This document shows, in pieces, positions 1-11,979 of a stretch of DNA of 64,000 nucleotides. The notes beneath the pieces were generated by a model that had not been told where the DNA came from, ran no database searches, and saw nothing but the letters and a program-made list of their open reading frames with translations. Positions within the stretch are counted from its first letter, which is position 1. Every line of letters begins with the position of its first letter. This DNA is from Flaccisagitta enflata. Lineage: Eukaryota. The translations under genes and the position numbers were made by a program. Location of the stretch: positions 22,878,001-22,942,000 of the forward strand of contig OZ231126.1 of the NCBI GenBank assembly GCA_965153355.1, in the 5' to 3' direction.

Positions 1-333
<333 letters not shown>

Positions 334-374
334 TCCCATTTTCTGGTTTTCCCCCTCTCTCGTGCTGCTGGCAG

Positions 375-445
375 TCATTCCCCATGACGTACGAGGTGAT
401 CAATCCCGGGCTGCTGCCGCCAAAGGAGGAAACGACCTCGTATAA
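375..445 (+). CDS. Possible terminal coding exon of a gene upstream of the window (xIPHDVRGDQSRAAAAKGGNDLV*)
   Basis: Pyrimidine tract and gcag| acceptor at 374/375, then GC-richer non-repetitive sequence open to TAA at 445. No homology recognised; frame uncertain. Confidence 0.2.
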
Positions 446-629
446 CCGAAACACACGCCATAGAATTCTCTTCCAAGCACCATAGAACACACCATAGAAA
501 TGCCGGCGACCGCGCGTCTCATACAAATTTGGCTATTGCAAAAATGAGGCGAGGGTGCAACGCTCGCTTTCAATAACAACAACAACGAAAACACGACGAC
601 AAAACACCCTGGAATCGTATAATGGAGCC

Positions 630-1130
<501 letters not shown>

Positions 1131-1887
1131 AAACAAACGACGACGACGAGCCGTCAGTAAACCCCTCCGGGATCGAATCTTATTATGACGCCACCCGCAA
1201 CAACAATTTGGTTTAACGTACAGGAGCGTACAGGAGCGCATGTCAAGGGACTGAACAAAACATGCCTTATCTGATATTATCTCCGATGGGCGATTATGCC
1301 TTAACAGCTTTACACTTCAGCGATTCTCCGCTCAATAGCCAAATAGCCAATATCGTCCCCATTTAGTAAATGCATTTACATCCTCCATTGAGTAGGTTAA
1401 ACGATGAAATTGTGTGATGTACTGTGGAGACAATTGAGTCTTTGACCAAGTGCCACAGATGTTTGGAGATTGATAAATGATAAGTGGAACAATATCCCTC
1501 ACTATACCCAAACTGAAATTGATGGAAGAGAGCCTTGTGAACCCTCACTGACTAGTTAATACTAGAGATGCAGAAGCGGAAGCGGAAGCGGAAGCGGGTG
1601 GAAGCGGTAGTTTGAGCTTGGAAGCGGAAGCGCAATTTTGAAATCAAGTGGAAGCGGGAGCGGAAGCAAAATTTTTTTTGAGGCCTAATAGAAGCGGAAG
1701 CGGAAGCGAAAGGACATAATCAAGCGCTTCCGCTTCCGCTTCCACTTCAGATCCTGACAATATTTTGACAGTAATCTTGCCAGTTTTAATGATACTTATT
1801 CTAGTATAATTTATTCATTTTTTGTTTGTTTCTTTTCTTTTGGTATTATCATTTTTTTATTGCTTTTGTATATTTTTCCTTCATCTG

Positions 1888-2504
1888 CACAGTCGCCCAG
1901 AGCTTGACGCCAGTTGACCTGAAATGATCGTCACCAACTTCAGTGATTTCATGACCCTGATGGTGCATAGATTACATTTCTAGAAAAAATGAAATCTGTT
2001 TTGGGGCGCTTTTTAAGATATATAAAAAAATCGTATTATCATACTATATTTTTTACCATAGCTCTTTGTGATAAATTTTTTTGATAATTTTGACCGCAGA
2101 TATGATCTTAGATGATAGTTTCCGGTTTGTACTATACACTATATACTTTTGCAACAGAAATAAAAGCTTATTTTTTGGTCACATTACTACATAAAACATT
2201 GTAAAATAGCAAAATTTAATTTTTTATTTCTTTTGCAAAAGTATGTAGTGTGACATATCAAACGAACCAGAAACTATCATCTGAGATGACATCTGCAGTC
2301 AGGATTATCGAAAAAATTCATCACAAAGATTTATGGTAAAAAATATAGTAAAATAATGCTATTTTCTTAAATATCTCAAAAAGCGCCCTAAAACAGATTT
2401 CATCTTTTCTAGGAATGTAATCTATGCACCATCAGGGTCAGGTAACCACTGAAGTTGGTGGCGATCATTTCAGGTCAACTGGCGTCAAGCTCTGGGCGAC
2501 TGTG
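1888..2504. mobile_element. Foldback MITE with CAC...GTG ends and 4-bp TSD (Chapaev/CMC-like)
   Basis: 617 bp, almost entirely palindromic (CACAGTCGCCCAGAGCTTGACG... / ...CGTCAAGCTCTGGGCGACTGTG); TCTG on both flanks. Confidence 0.85.
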
Positions 2505-2607
2505 TCTGTTGGTCTCTGTTGGTCTATCCTTTAATTCGTCTTTCGCTTTATCTGACTTTTTTTTGTCTGTCTGTATATCTCTTTCTGTCTGTATGTCTGT
2601 CTTTTGC

Positions 2608-2830
<223 letters not shown>

Positions 2831-3454
2831 GTTAATTGGAAAGGAGCAAGACTCATATACCTTAATACCCGATTTCATAAATTTTTGAAAAACAAAAGCA
2901 AATAGATGATCCAATGATGTCATAAATGAATATACAAATTGAAAAAAAAATGATTTCAAAGATTAGTTGACAACAAAAAAATCATATTAATGTCTATGTC
3001 ATTGACATATTTTCTATTATGTTTTATACTTCCTTGTTTTATCCCTTCATTTTAATAATAATATAATATAAAGTATAGCAACCAAAGCAGACCCAAGGAG
3101 AGTCCTTAACTACTATCTTGTTTTTAGCAAGATAGTAGTGGTTGCTACCAGTACAAAAACTTTGACCGAAATAATAGTATTTGTTTTTCTTCACGCCTTC
3201 ACACGTTGATATGCTTAGATTTTTAGATTATGCTTGTCCCAATTGATTCCAATGAGTTGAAGTTGTCATTGTCGTTGTCATTGTCGCTGTCATTGCCATT
3301 GGCATTGTTGCTATCATCGCCTGAGTTGTCGCTGTGGTTGTCATTGTCAATTGTTGCCGCTGCTGTCGTTGCAGATGACATCAGAACTCGCCAGATTGTC
3401 ATTGTTTGTTTTTTTTGTTTTTGTTTTTTTTTTTTGTGTTGCCCCAGTCGTACT

Positions 3455-3640
3455 GTCGCCGCAGCTTTCGCCGCAGCTTTCGCCGCAGCTGTCGCTGCAG
3501 CTGTCGCTGCAGCTGTCGCTGCAGCTGTCGCCGTCGCCGTCGCCGCCGCCGTCGCCGCCGCCGTCGCCGCCGCTTTCGCCGCTGCTTTCGCCGCCGCTTT
3601 CGCCGCCGCTGTCGCCGCCGCTGTCGCCGCCGCTGTCGTC
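3455..3640. repeat. GC-rich 12-bp-period repeat (GCTGTCGCCGCC variants)
   Basis: Tandem GTCGCCGCCGCT/GTCGCTGCAGCT units. Confidence 0.8.
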
Positions 3641-4455
3641 AGCGTCACTGTCATGGTTAGTCACTGCTATCGCCGCTATCGCCGTGGTCTTTGTCGCCCC
3701 CGTTGCTTTTGCCGCAGTTGCTGTTCCTCTCGCTGAGCTGCCTTTGATGATGTTGCTATTGCCGCAATGATCTGTAAGAGAAAAAGGAAGGCAGCAGAAA
3801 CACCCCGACGGAAGACCTGATCTTTTCTTTTTGCTGGTTGCACAGATTGAACTTTCAAGGAGAGAGACATACCGGCAACGGCCTGAAAGGAACAGGCCGG
3901 TGATTTTAAGGTGCCCGTTGGTTTAAATTGTTGTTGTAGTTGTTGTTGTTGTTGTTGTTGTTGCTGCTGCTGTCCTTGTTGTTGTCATCCTTGTTGCTAT
4001 TGTTATCGCTGTTGTTGTCGCTGTTGTTGTTGTCGCTGTTGTTGTTGCTGTTGTTGTTGCTGCTATTTTTGTTGTTGCTGTAGTTGCTGAAAGATATTAG
4101 TTGCTGCTGTTTTTGATGATGATGTTGTTACTGGGTGTGCTGTTGATTTTGTTGCTTTGTTGTTATTTTTGTATTTGTTGCTGTTGATGTTGCTGTCGTT
4201 GTTGATATCGCTGATGTTGATTGCCCCATCGGCAACGGCCTGAAAGAAACAGGCCGTTAACATTGAATCGCCCGTTGGTTTCAAGGTGACAATTTTCTTT
4301 CTTCTTAGTTCAATACATTGTTGCAGAATGTTCACAGTGGGATGGCTATTTCAATCCAAGTTACGTCATTGAGGTGTATCATAATTCAATTTTATGTCAT
4401 TGTCAATTCTGTTATTTGTGTTGTTGTTGCAGAATAAGGGGCACTTCGGTTGTGA

Positions 4456-5466
4456 TTAAAGAGGCCGAAAAGCCACAGCTCTTGATCCACGTCCACCAAT
4501 AACTTTCCAAATTTTTGTAAGCTTTTCCTCTGGTGATAGGCATTCATTCCTTTTGACAGCTTCTTGTCGGAGAAGAAGCTCTTTTGTTTTCTCTTCAGCA
4601 CACTGCATTTTGGTCAAATCATGGGTGATGCTCACTCCTTTCCATTTTTCGTTGCCTTTAAGCATTTTTGCTTTGGCTAAGATATCATTTTTGATAATGG
4701 CATTTGGCAGTTTGATGACAAGTGGTCGGTAATTTTGACTGTTGTACTTCCCAACTCTGAAGCATTGATATTCATCACTTGTGATAACAGTTCCAAGATC
4801 ATGAAAAAGGTCATCAACAACTTCTTCATTAAGGGCTTCATTGCTCTCCCCTAGACCAAAGATAATCAAGTTGTTCTTTTTTTGTTCCCTTAGATGGAAT
4901 TCATTTGGAGCAGAATTTTTTCTTAATTCATCCATTCCTGTCTCCAATTTTGCGACAAGATCTTTCAAATTCTCAAAATCATCCTTTGATGATTGATCAT
5001 CCTTTTGCTTTTCTTCCTGCCACATCCGTTCAAGATTCATGATTCTTTTATCCTGATCTTCCAAACAATTTCTAGATGCTGCCAGTTGAGCTTCCAGACT
5101 TTTTATTTCTTGCTTCAACAAGTTTTGCCCCTCGTTCATTTCTACCTGCTCCTTTGCAATGCCTAAAAGATGAGAGGCCCAATGCTTCTTCATTGCTTCA
5201 GCTGCTATTCCCCCATTGTCAAGAACTGCCTTGGTAACAGCCTTGGACACCATGCTGTTAACTTCCTCACTGATACTTTTCATCAAGTCGTTCACCTTCC
5301 CACCAACAGATGAAATTTCTTTACGCATATCAGCAAAAACAGAATTTGTCACCTCCTGAATCTTTTTCACCTGAGACAATTCCTTTCTCAGATTCTCAAT
5401 ACTGTTCTCTTCAGCTGGGGTTGTTTCAACATCAATTTTTTGTTTTCCTTTCCCTTTTGGAGGCAT
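4456..5466 (-). CDS. LINE ORF1p-like RNA-binding protein (coiled coil + RRM + CTD), intact 336 aa, no ORF2 downstream
   Basis: Basic N-terminus MPPKGKGK, long heptad coiled coil, then KKNNLIIFGLGE ... FRVGK ... RPLVIKL ... ILAKAKMLK ... VSITHDLT, the typical ORF1 RRM/CTD signature of L1/L2/CR1-type elements. Confidence 0.85.
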   Translation of the reverse strand: MPPKGKGKQKIDVETTPAEENSIENLRKELSQVKKIQEVTNSVFADMRKEISSVGGKVNDLMKSISEEVNSMVSKAVTKAVLDNGGIAAEAMKKHWASHLLGIAKEQVEMNEGQNLLKQEIKSLEAQLAASRNCLEDQDKRIMNLERMWQEEKQKDDQSSKDDFENLKDLVAKLETGMDELRKNSAPNEFHLREQKKNNLIIFGLGESNEALNEEVVDDLFHDLGTVITSDEYQCFRVGKYNSQNYRPLVIKLPNAIIKNDILAKAKMLKGNEKWKGVSITHDLTKMQCAEEKTKELLLRQEAVKRNECLSPEEKLTKIWKVIGGRGSRAVAFRPL

Positions 5467-6184
5467 TTTCTTTGTCTTGATTTCTTAGGGGCTGGCAAAA
5501 ACGATTTTGTCCCAAAGTGCCAAATTAAAGTTCGTGTGAAAGGAATGAACGCTCGGTCAACGGTGGAATGGAATTTCGATTTAATTTGATTGTTTTGGTT
5601 AAGAAATGGCGAGAAAAAAAAAGATTCAGATTTGATTGAGGGAGAAAACAGTTTTAGGGCAAAAAGACAATGAAGATGGGAGAGTCGAACGTGGAGATTG
5701 AGATATGTTGTAGAGCAGAATTTATTACATATGCATGTGAAATTTTGAGAAAATCAGTTAATGTTTTTTGCCGTTTTCTTAATTTTTTTACGGAGCGCGG
5801 AGAAAAACGTGTTTCAGGATTATTATGACCTTTCCTGATTTTACATAACTTAAATAAATGTTATAGTGAAATACTCAACAATGTGGAAGCGGAAGTGGAA
5901 GCGGAAGCAGAAGGGGAAGCTATGCCTTCTAAAAAGGTGGAAGCGGAAGCAGAAGCGGAAGCTGTCAATTCTCAAATATGCCTTTTGGAAGCGGAAGCGG
6001 AAGCGGTCCAAAAATCTACCGCTTCTGCATCTCTAGTTAATACGCACACCACTCCTAGATTTCCACAAAACAGAATCTGAAAAACACCCTTTCTCATCTT
6101 ACCCAAATGCAAACTGCTAACTTAATGATTGTTACCAAATTAACCATAATTCCACATTACCCGAGGGTAACATTGTTAGAGTGA

Positions 6185-6345
6185 AACAAGGCCGGATACG
6201 CGAAAATCCTGTCGCGGATGGTTGGGCAGGAGCGGTAATGCGAAAACCGCTCAGAATTCAAAAATGTGACGGACGGACCGACATACCGACATACCGACCT
6301 ACCGATCTACCGACCGACACGGGAAGGCGTGTCCGCGACTAAAAA
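6185..6345 (-). mobile_element. Helentron-associated non-autonomous element (HINE/DINE-1-like), family A
   Basis: TTTTTAGTCGCG end, (GTCC/GGTC)n core, CGCGAC subTIR then ...GGCCTTGTT end; many related copies in the window. Confidence 0.7.
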
Positions 6346-7555
6346 TGTATGAATGCGTTAGACGAATCAAGCAAAAATTGTGTATATAAACGAGTGAATG
6401 TATAGAATTGGTCATTAATGGTCAATAAACGATTGAATGTGTGATTTTGCTTTCACTATTGATACTTTAATGCTAGGGTTTGCCCCTGGGAACCACAAAC
6501 GAGCAGGTAAAATACGTTTAAAGTGACAATCAATTATGATGACTCACTCAGACAATTCTTTTTGGACTGACAAAATTCATCCTTAAATCTGACTGTTTTT
6601 CTTTGCATCTATGTATGTCTATTTATTCTATCGATGTTAGAGTTGACTTTTTTCTCTGTGGCGAACAAAAAACGGCGTCATAGCAGCACTTCGAAACTTA
6701 ATTTTTCACCGGTTTTTGGAATGCGAATCATTTTTTTTAATGAAGTCCATGAACCTTTCTATAGGACCTTTCTTTAGGACTGGCGTTCTCTTTTTAGTGG
6801 CAAGTTTCTAGCTCAAAATTCTCTTATAGATGCATTCATCGATTAAAATCGCCAAGTTCGTTTTTCCTTACAAAATCAAAAATTAGAATAATCAAGGGAA
6901 AATAAAGGTCTTGTATTTTGGCGTAAGGTGGTGCACTATATGGCAGGGTTTCTTACAAACAGAAAGGAGAAAAATATACATCTGCCAGATTACACATGGT
7001 TTTCGTCTAGATGACATTAACAAAGCAAAAGGTGGGCGCCCACGCCATCATTTTGCCTCAAATCTTTAAGCGTGAATTACTTTCGCAAACTTTATTTAGC
7101 TAATTCTTTTAGCTAATTCTATCAGCTGATTCTATTACCAAAGTGTACTTGCGAAATTGACTTACAAACATGGCTGTAAAAAAGCCAAGTATACAAATTC
7201 TCAAACAAAAATGAATTTTGGCTGTTGCACCGGTGACATGACGGAGATATGAATTAGAGACACGTGAAACGTGAGCAAAATCAAAAATTTCCCAATCAAA
7301 ATCAATTTAATCAAGTACCAACGAGTACCTTGCAATCATAGATATATGTTTCCGAAAGCACAAGCAGCGAAAGATCTAAAAAATAATGTCTCCTCCCCCC
7401 CCAAAAAAGTATCAATTTAAGTGAGCGACTGATTAGAGCCAAAAAAGTGGGGCAAAGATAGAAACAATAAAGAGGAATGAAAAGGTTAAAATTGCACAAA
7501 AAAGGAGGATACAAAAGGGGAATTCGATAAAGTAGAAAATCTGAGAGAGTGAGAG

Positions 7556-7615
<60 letters not shown>

Positions 7616-7690
7616 ACCACTTGCGCGCTTATGGAAACGGGCCATCAGACTAACCTACAGGCGAATACGAGGACGAATCTCAAGATGCGA

Positions 7691-10600
7691 TCATTGCTCA
7701 TCCAACGACGTCATTTGCTCAAACTGAGACTTGAAAAATTCGATCTCTCTTTTTCTCAGTCTGTCCAGATTGAATCTTTCGGCTTCGCGTGACAACTCAT
7801 CTTCCTCATCGACGAGCGTGAGTTGAATGAAAGGAGGAAAACTGAAAGATGTGAGATGTGCGGAAATCACTTTTCCCGGTGCGATGTACACAAAAAGTGA
7901 AAATTCTTTTGTGGCTTCTCCGAATTCCGGCAACGTTTTCCATGGACTGGAATCCAACATCGTGACATTCTCTTTGATCTCGACGATGAACGACTTCCGG
8001 AGGAGATCATAGTCGTCAGCGATTAGAACCTTCTTTTCAATTGAAGCAAACTCAGAAATCAATTGTCTCAATCTCGATTCGGCGTCGCGCTTGAGACAAA
8101 CTTCGAGTCGAGATGACGGAATTCCGTCGATGCGACTCGGCTCAGTGGAAGTATTGACGACGAAATGAAGAGACGTCGTCGCTCGCGTCATGGAATCGAC
8201 GAGACGCTTCAGAGGGGGAAAACACGTGAAGGCATCCAAGATGATGATCATGCATTGGTATTGACAACCGAGAATCTCATCTGAATATCCAAACGATACA
8301 TTTTGAATGTCCTTGAACTCATCCTCGAGTAAACCTCTCAGTGAAAAATGTACGAAAGGTGAGACCATGACATTTTTTCCCTGTATAGTTAAATCTTTTA
8401 TCACTTTAACGCATTCTTTTAAAAACAAATGTCGGTCGTTGGAGTCATCATGGAATAGCGTGATTTTGGGTCGACCTGATTTCCAGTCGAGAGATGAACG
8501 AACTGGCTCACCAACAACCCAATTGTCCTGATTGAGATATTTTTGACATTCACCGACAAATGTGGAAATCTCTCCCGAGGAACGGAGATTGCCGTCAAGA
8601 GTTTTGACTTGAAATTCCACATTGCTCATCCAACTGATGCTTTTGAAGTAATTTTCTTTATGCTTTTGTACTGTATCTGCATCCTGACTTGTAAAAAGGA
8701 CGATTGATGGATTATGATTATCAAATGGATGGAGGAGATTTTTTTGATAATCATTTTTTGATAAGCCTTGTGAATAAAAAAAGAATTCATCATACAACAG
8801 TAATCCAAATTGGTTTGCACATTCGGGTTTTTCACAAACTATGACTTGACTTCCCATCTTCATTTCAGAAATATGCTTTCGTAGCATTTCAGATAATTTT
8901 TCATATTGAACATCTACATGAATGAAAACCTTTCCTTCCTTTTGACTCTCAATGAATTCCTTCGCCAATTGCACGAGAAGCAAAGTCTTTCCACTCCCAT
9001 TACATCCTTGGATAATCCAATGAATTTCAGACTCGTCCTTTTCCTGAAAGCGAGTTCTCATCTCTTGAATGATTTGATTCTGTTTTGGTGTCCAGACAAC
9101 AAATTCTTCGTGGCCAAATGTCTGCGTCATAAGACGCTCGTGAATGAGGATGTCTTTATTCTCCATGTTTTGCAGCAAAAACAGCTTTGATGTGAATCTG
9201 TGGAGGGAAGCATGAACAGATGCTTTTATCACGGATGAGTGAAAAAATTCTGCAAGTTTAGAAAACATTTGTTGCAGGCATTTTTCCAGCAGTTCATCCA
9301 AGTCCTCATCCTTTGCTGTATCGGCGATTGTGAGACTCATCATGAGACCATGATTGCTTTTCTTAATTGATGAACGTCCAGTCCCTTCTGGGCGACGATT
9401 AATGACAAGAGCATGAATCATTTTTCCACCCGCTTTTGAGAAATTTTCAATTTTCGATGCAAGATCCATCTTTTCCTGGACAACTTTGATGGTATCTTCG
9501 CGATCTTCATCATTAGGGAAATGCAAAATGATAACTCCAAAACTGTCTAAAACAGCGACGATGTCCAAAGTCTTGTCCCACATACTTGAAATTGTTTCAA
9601 TTATAATTGAACTCGAAAGACTGCCAGCCTTCTGCATGGAACTTTTGAAGGACGCCTGGGTCATTTTGGTCAACATCGCCTTTCGCCCTTTCAGAAATTC
9701 ACATTTTCCATTGGCAAACGAACGATAAAAGGCATTGACAATCTTTTGTTTGAAGACCAGAAATTGATATTTCGCATTGTCTGCTGACTCCAATGACAAA
9801 GCGGGCATCTCTTTGAGAATGATAGCAAAGGGATCCGGAATTTCAGGAAAAAGTTGCACTTTCCCGTCGCACCAATTTGGAAACAGTTTCTGAACAAAAC
9901 TGAGGGCCTCGTCATCATTTATCTTTATTCTTTTATCAGATCCTGGAATACAAAATTCTAGACCTTGTGACTTTTCTGCAATGCCAGAAAGCAACTTGGA
10001 GACCGTTTGTTGGCAATTATCGAAGAAAACGTTGTAAACATCTCCAAAAAGTTCCTCCGTGTTGAGTAACAGCCCCATGGAAATGGGTAGATGAGCCAAA
10101 ATGTCAAAGCCTAGATTCTCCGAAGCCTTTACATCCTCCACGTAACCACGATTCTCTCCCTTTCCAAACTTTTTAACCGTTTCAAGCGTTTGGGCGATCT
10201 GAAAAAGTATTCCATCGCGAATCTTTTCAAAGGACACAACGTGGCTTCTGCCTTGGTCATCGGTCAATTTGAACGTGAGAAAGATGTGTTCCAACCGGAG
10301 TGTGTGGTCAATGGAGTGGTAGAAATGTGCACAGATGAAAGACAAAGGTACAACTACAAGAAAAGTGGTAAGCAGAAGAAAAAATGAAAAGGAGAAGGAA
10401 AACGCCAAAGAAATGCAACCTAAGATCAAACTAGCCAACCCGAAAAACAGAGTGCCAAATAGGAAAAATGGGGAGATTGAGGACAACTGCATGACATACT
10501 TTTTTACAATACGAAGGGTTTTCAAAGGCGTTCGAAACGTGCGCCACTCAACGATCGTCATGCCGTCGGTCAGTTCGAGCGTCTGTCGTTGCCAAGTGGC

Positions 10601-10750
10601 GAAATCCATCTTCTTTGTTTCTCCGAGTGAATCTCTCGTGTAATCGTGGATGAAGTACCGCTGTTGATTCTTTTCAGGTGGAGAGGATTCTTCCTGCTGA
10701 TGCTCCTCGTGAGGCAATTGCACCATGGGTTGCTCCTCCTTCTGCTCCAT
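7691..10750 (-). CDS. 1019-aa protein: PPPDE-like papain-fold domain with 2-TM insertion, degenerate NERD-like region and SF1/Schlafen-type (DUF2075-like) helicase/ATPase
   Basis: Uninterrupted 3060-nt ORF. Hydrophobic aa ~95-143; LEHIFLTF..SFEK..GI..Q (H155); YNVFFDNCQ (C246); Q-motif WTPKQ (553-557); Walker A GCNGSGKT (582-589); Walker B LLYDE (651-655); TLDGNLRS (717-724); ILGCQY (826-831); SMTRA (853-857). Confidence 0.9.
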   Translation of the reverse strand: MEQKEEQPMVQLPHEEHQQEESSPPEKNQQRYFIHDYTRDSLGETKKMDFATWQRQTLELTDGMTIVEWRTFRTPLKTLRIVKKYVMQLSSISPFFLFGTLFFGLASLILGCISLAFSFSFSFFLLLTTFLVVVPLSFICAHFYHSIDHTLRLEHIFLTFKLTDDQGRSHVVSFEKIRDGILFQIAQTLETVKKFGKGENRGYVEDVKASENLGFDILAHLPISMGLLLNTEELFGDVYNVFFDNCQQTVSKLLSGIAEKSQGLEFCIPGSDKRIKINDDEALSFVQKLFPNWCDGKVQLFPEIPDPFAIILKEMPALSLESADNAKYQFLVFKQKIVNAFYRSFANGKCEFLKGRKAMLTKMTQASFKSSMQKAGSLSSSIIIETISSMWDKTLDIVAVLDSFGVIILHFPNDEDREDTIKVVQEKMDLASKIENFSKAGGKMIHALVINRRPEGTGRSSIKKSNHGLMMSLTIADTAKDEDLDELLEKCLQQMFSKLAEFFHSSVIKASVHASLHRFTSKLFLLQNMENKDILIHERLMTQTFGHEEFVVWTPKQNQIIQEMRTRFQEKDESEIHWIIQGCNGSGKTLLLVQLAKEFIESQKEGKVFIHVDVQYEKLSEMLRKHISEMKMGSQVIVCEKPECANQFGLLLYDEFFFYSQGLSKNDYQKNLLHPFDNHNPSIVLFTSQDADTVQKHKENYFKSISWMSNVEFQVKTLDGNLRSSGEISTFVGECQKYLNQDNWVVGEPVRSSLDWKSGRPKITLFHDDSNDRHLFLKECVKVIKDLTIQGKNVMVSPFVHFSLRGLLEDEFKDIQNVSFGYSDEILGCQYQCMIIILDAFTCFPPLKRLVDSMTRATTSLHFVVNTSTEPSRIDGIPSSRLEVCLKRDAESRLRQLISEFASIEKKVLIADDYDLLRKSFIVEIKENVTMLDSSPWKTLPEFGEATKEFSLFVYIAPGKVISAHLTSFSFPPFIQLTLVDEEDELSREAERFNLDRLRKREIEFFKSQFEQMTSLDEQ

Positions 10751-10766
10751 GATTGGTGGATGCCTC

Positions 10767-10990
<224 letters not shown>

Positions 10991-11979
10991 GATGCTGTTC
11001 TTCTTGTCGTAGTTCTTGTTTTTGTTCTTCTGGATTTGATAAAAAGTAACTCATTTAATCATCACTTTTTCATCACTTTTTCCACACACTCTTTTTTTTT
11101 TTTTTTTTTTTTTGAGTAAGGACAAAGTTTATAAGGACATGAAGCTAAAATTTTGCCAAAAATTATGAAGATTTTAACGACAAAGCCCAGCCTCAGATTT
11201 GTAAAAAAAATCTTTTGATTCAAAATTTACATTGTTTTTACGTAACATTTTAAAGAAAATAACTTGGTTTACAGGAAATATTAGCATTCATCTTTGCTAA
11301 ATGATATGATAATTAGTAAGAACAAGTACAAAGCAATTGTTATTATATCTAACTTGTATTAACTTATATTGAACATAAGTTATTTCAATGCATTAAACAA
11401 AAAAAGGAAAAGCATACGAAAATGTTAAGGACACGCACGCTAAGGACATTTCAGCCTGAAATTTGTAAAAATCCGAGGACATCCCAGCCTCACAAAAAAT
11501 TTAACCCTGCATAAAAACCTCATCAATATTCTATCTCCGCACATATTGAGAGCTTCTTAGGCTCTCATCCTTAAGAAAGGGGTTGAGTAGCAATGTTGAT
11601 CAACTTTTATAAATCATACATTAGTCTTTCAGAGACATCATATTGGGGTGTTTCAAATTAGGGCAATTGGTCTCCGAGTGGGCTGGCCAAAAATTAGTAG
11701 TTGTGGTATAGTTAGGTGAAGCCCCCGGGCACCATAGATGGCTTCCCCAGTGCCCCCACGAGTAACTCGGTCGCCGTACAGGTGGCCAAAATGGCCAAAA
11801 ATGGCCCAAAATGACCAAAATCCTTCAAAATTAAAAAAATTTGGTTTATTTTTCTTAAAAAATCCCTATCATTGATCCTGTTCACACAGTTATAATGTAT
11901 AGACATGGGTTTTGCCAAAAAATTGACAAATGGCTGCAATTGGGGGCGTGCAAGGACCTCAAAACGGCTTCTATTCCTT

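Noticed and set aside
5883-6080. EAEAEA ORF
   Set aside because: Translation of the hAT subterminal GGAAGC repeats.
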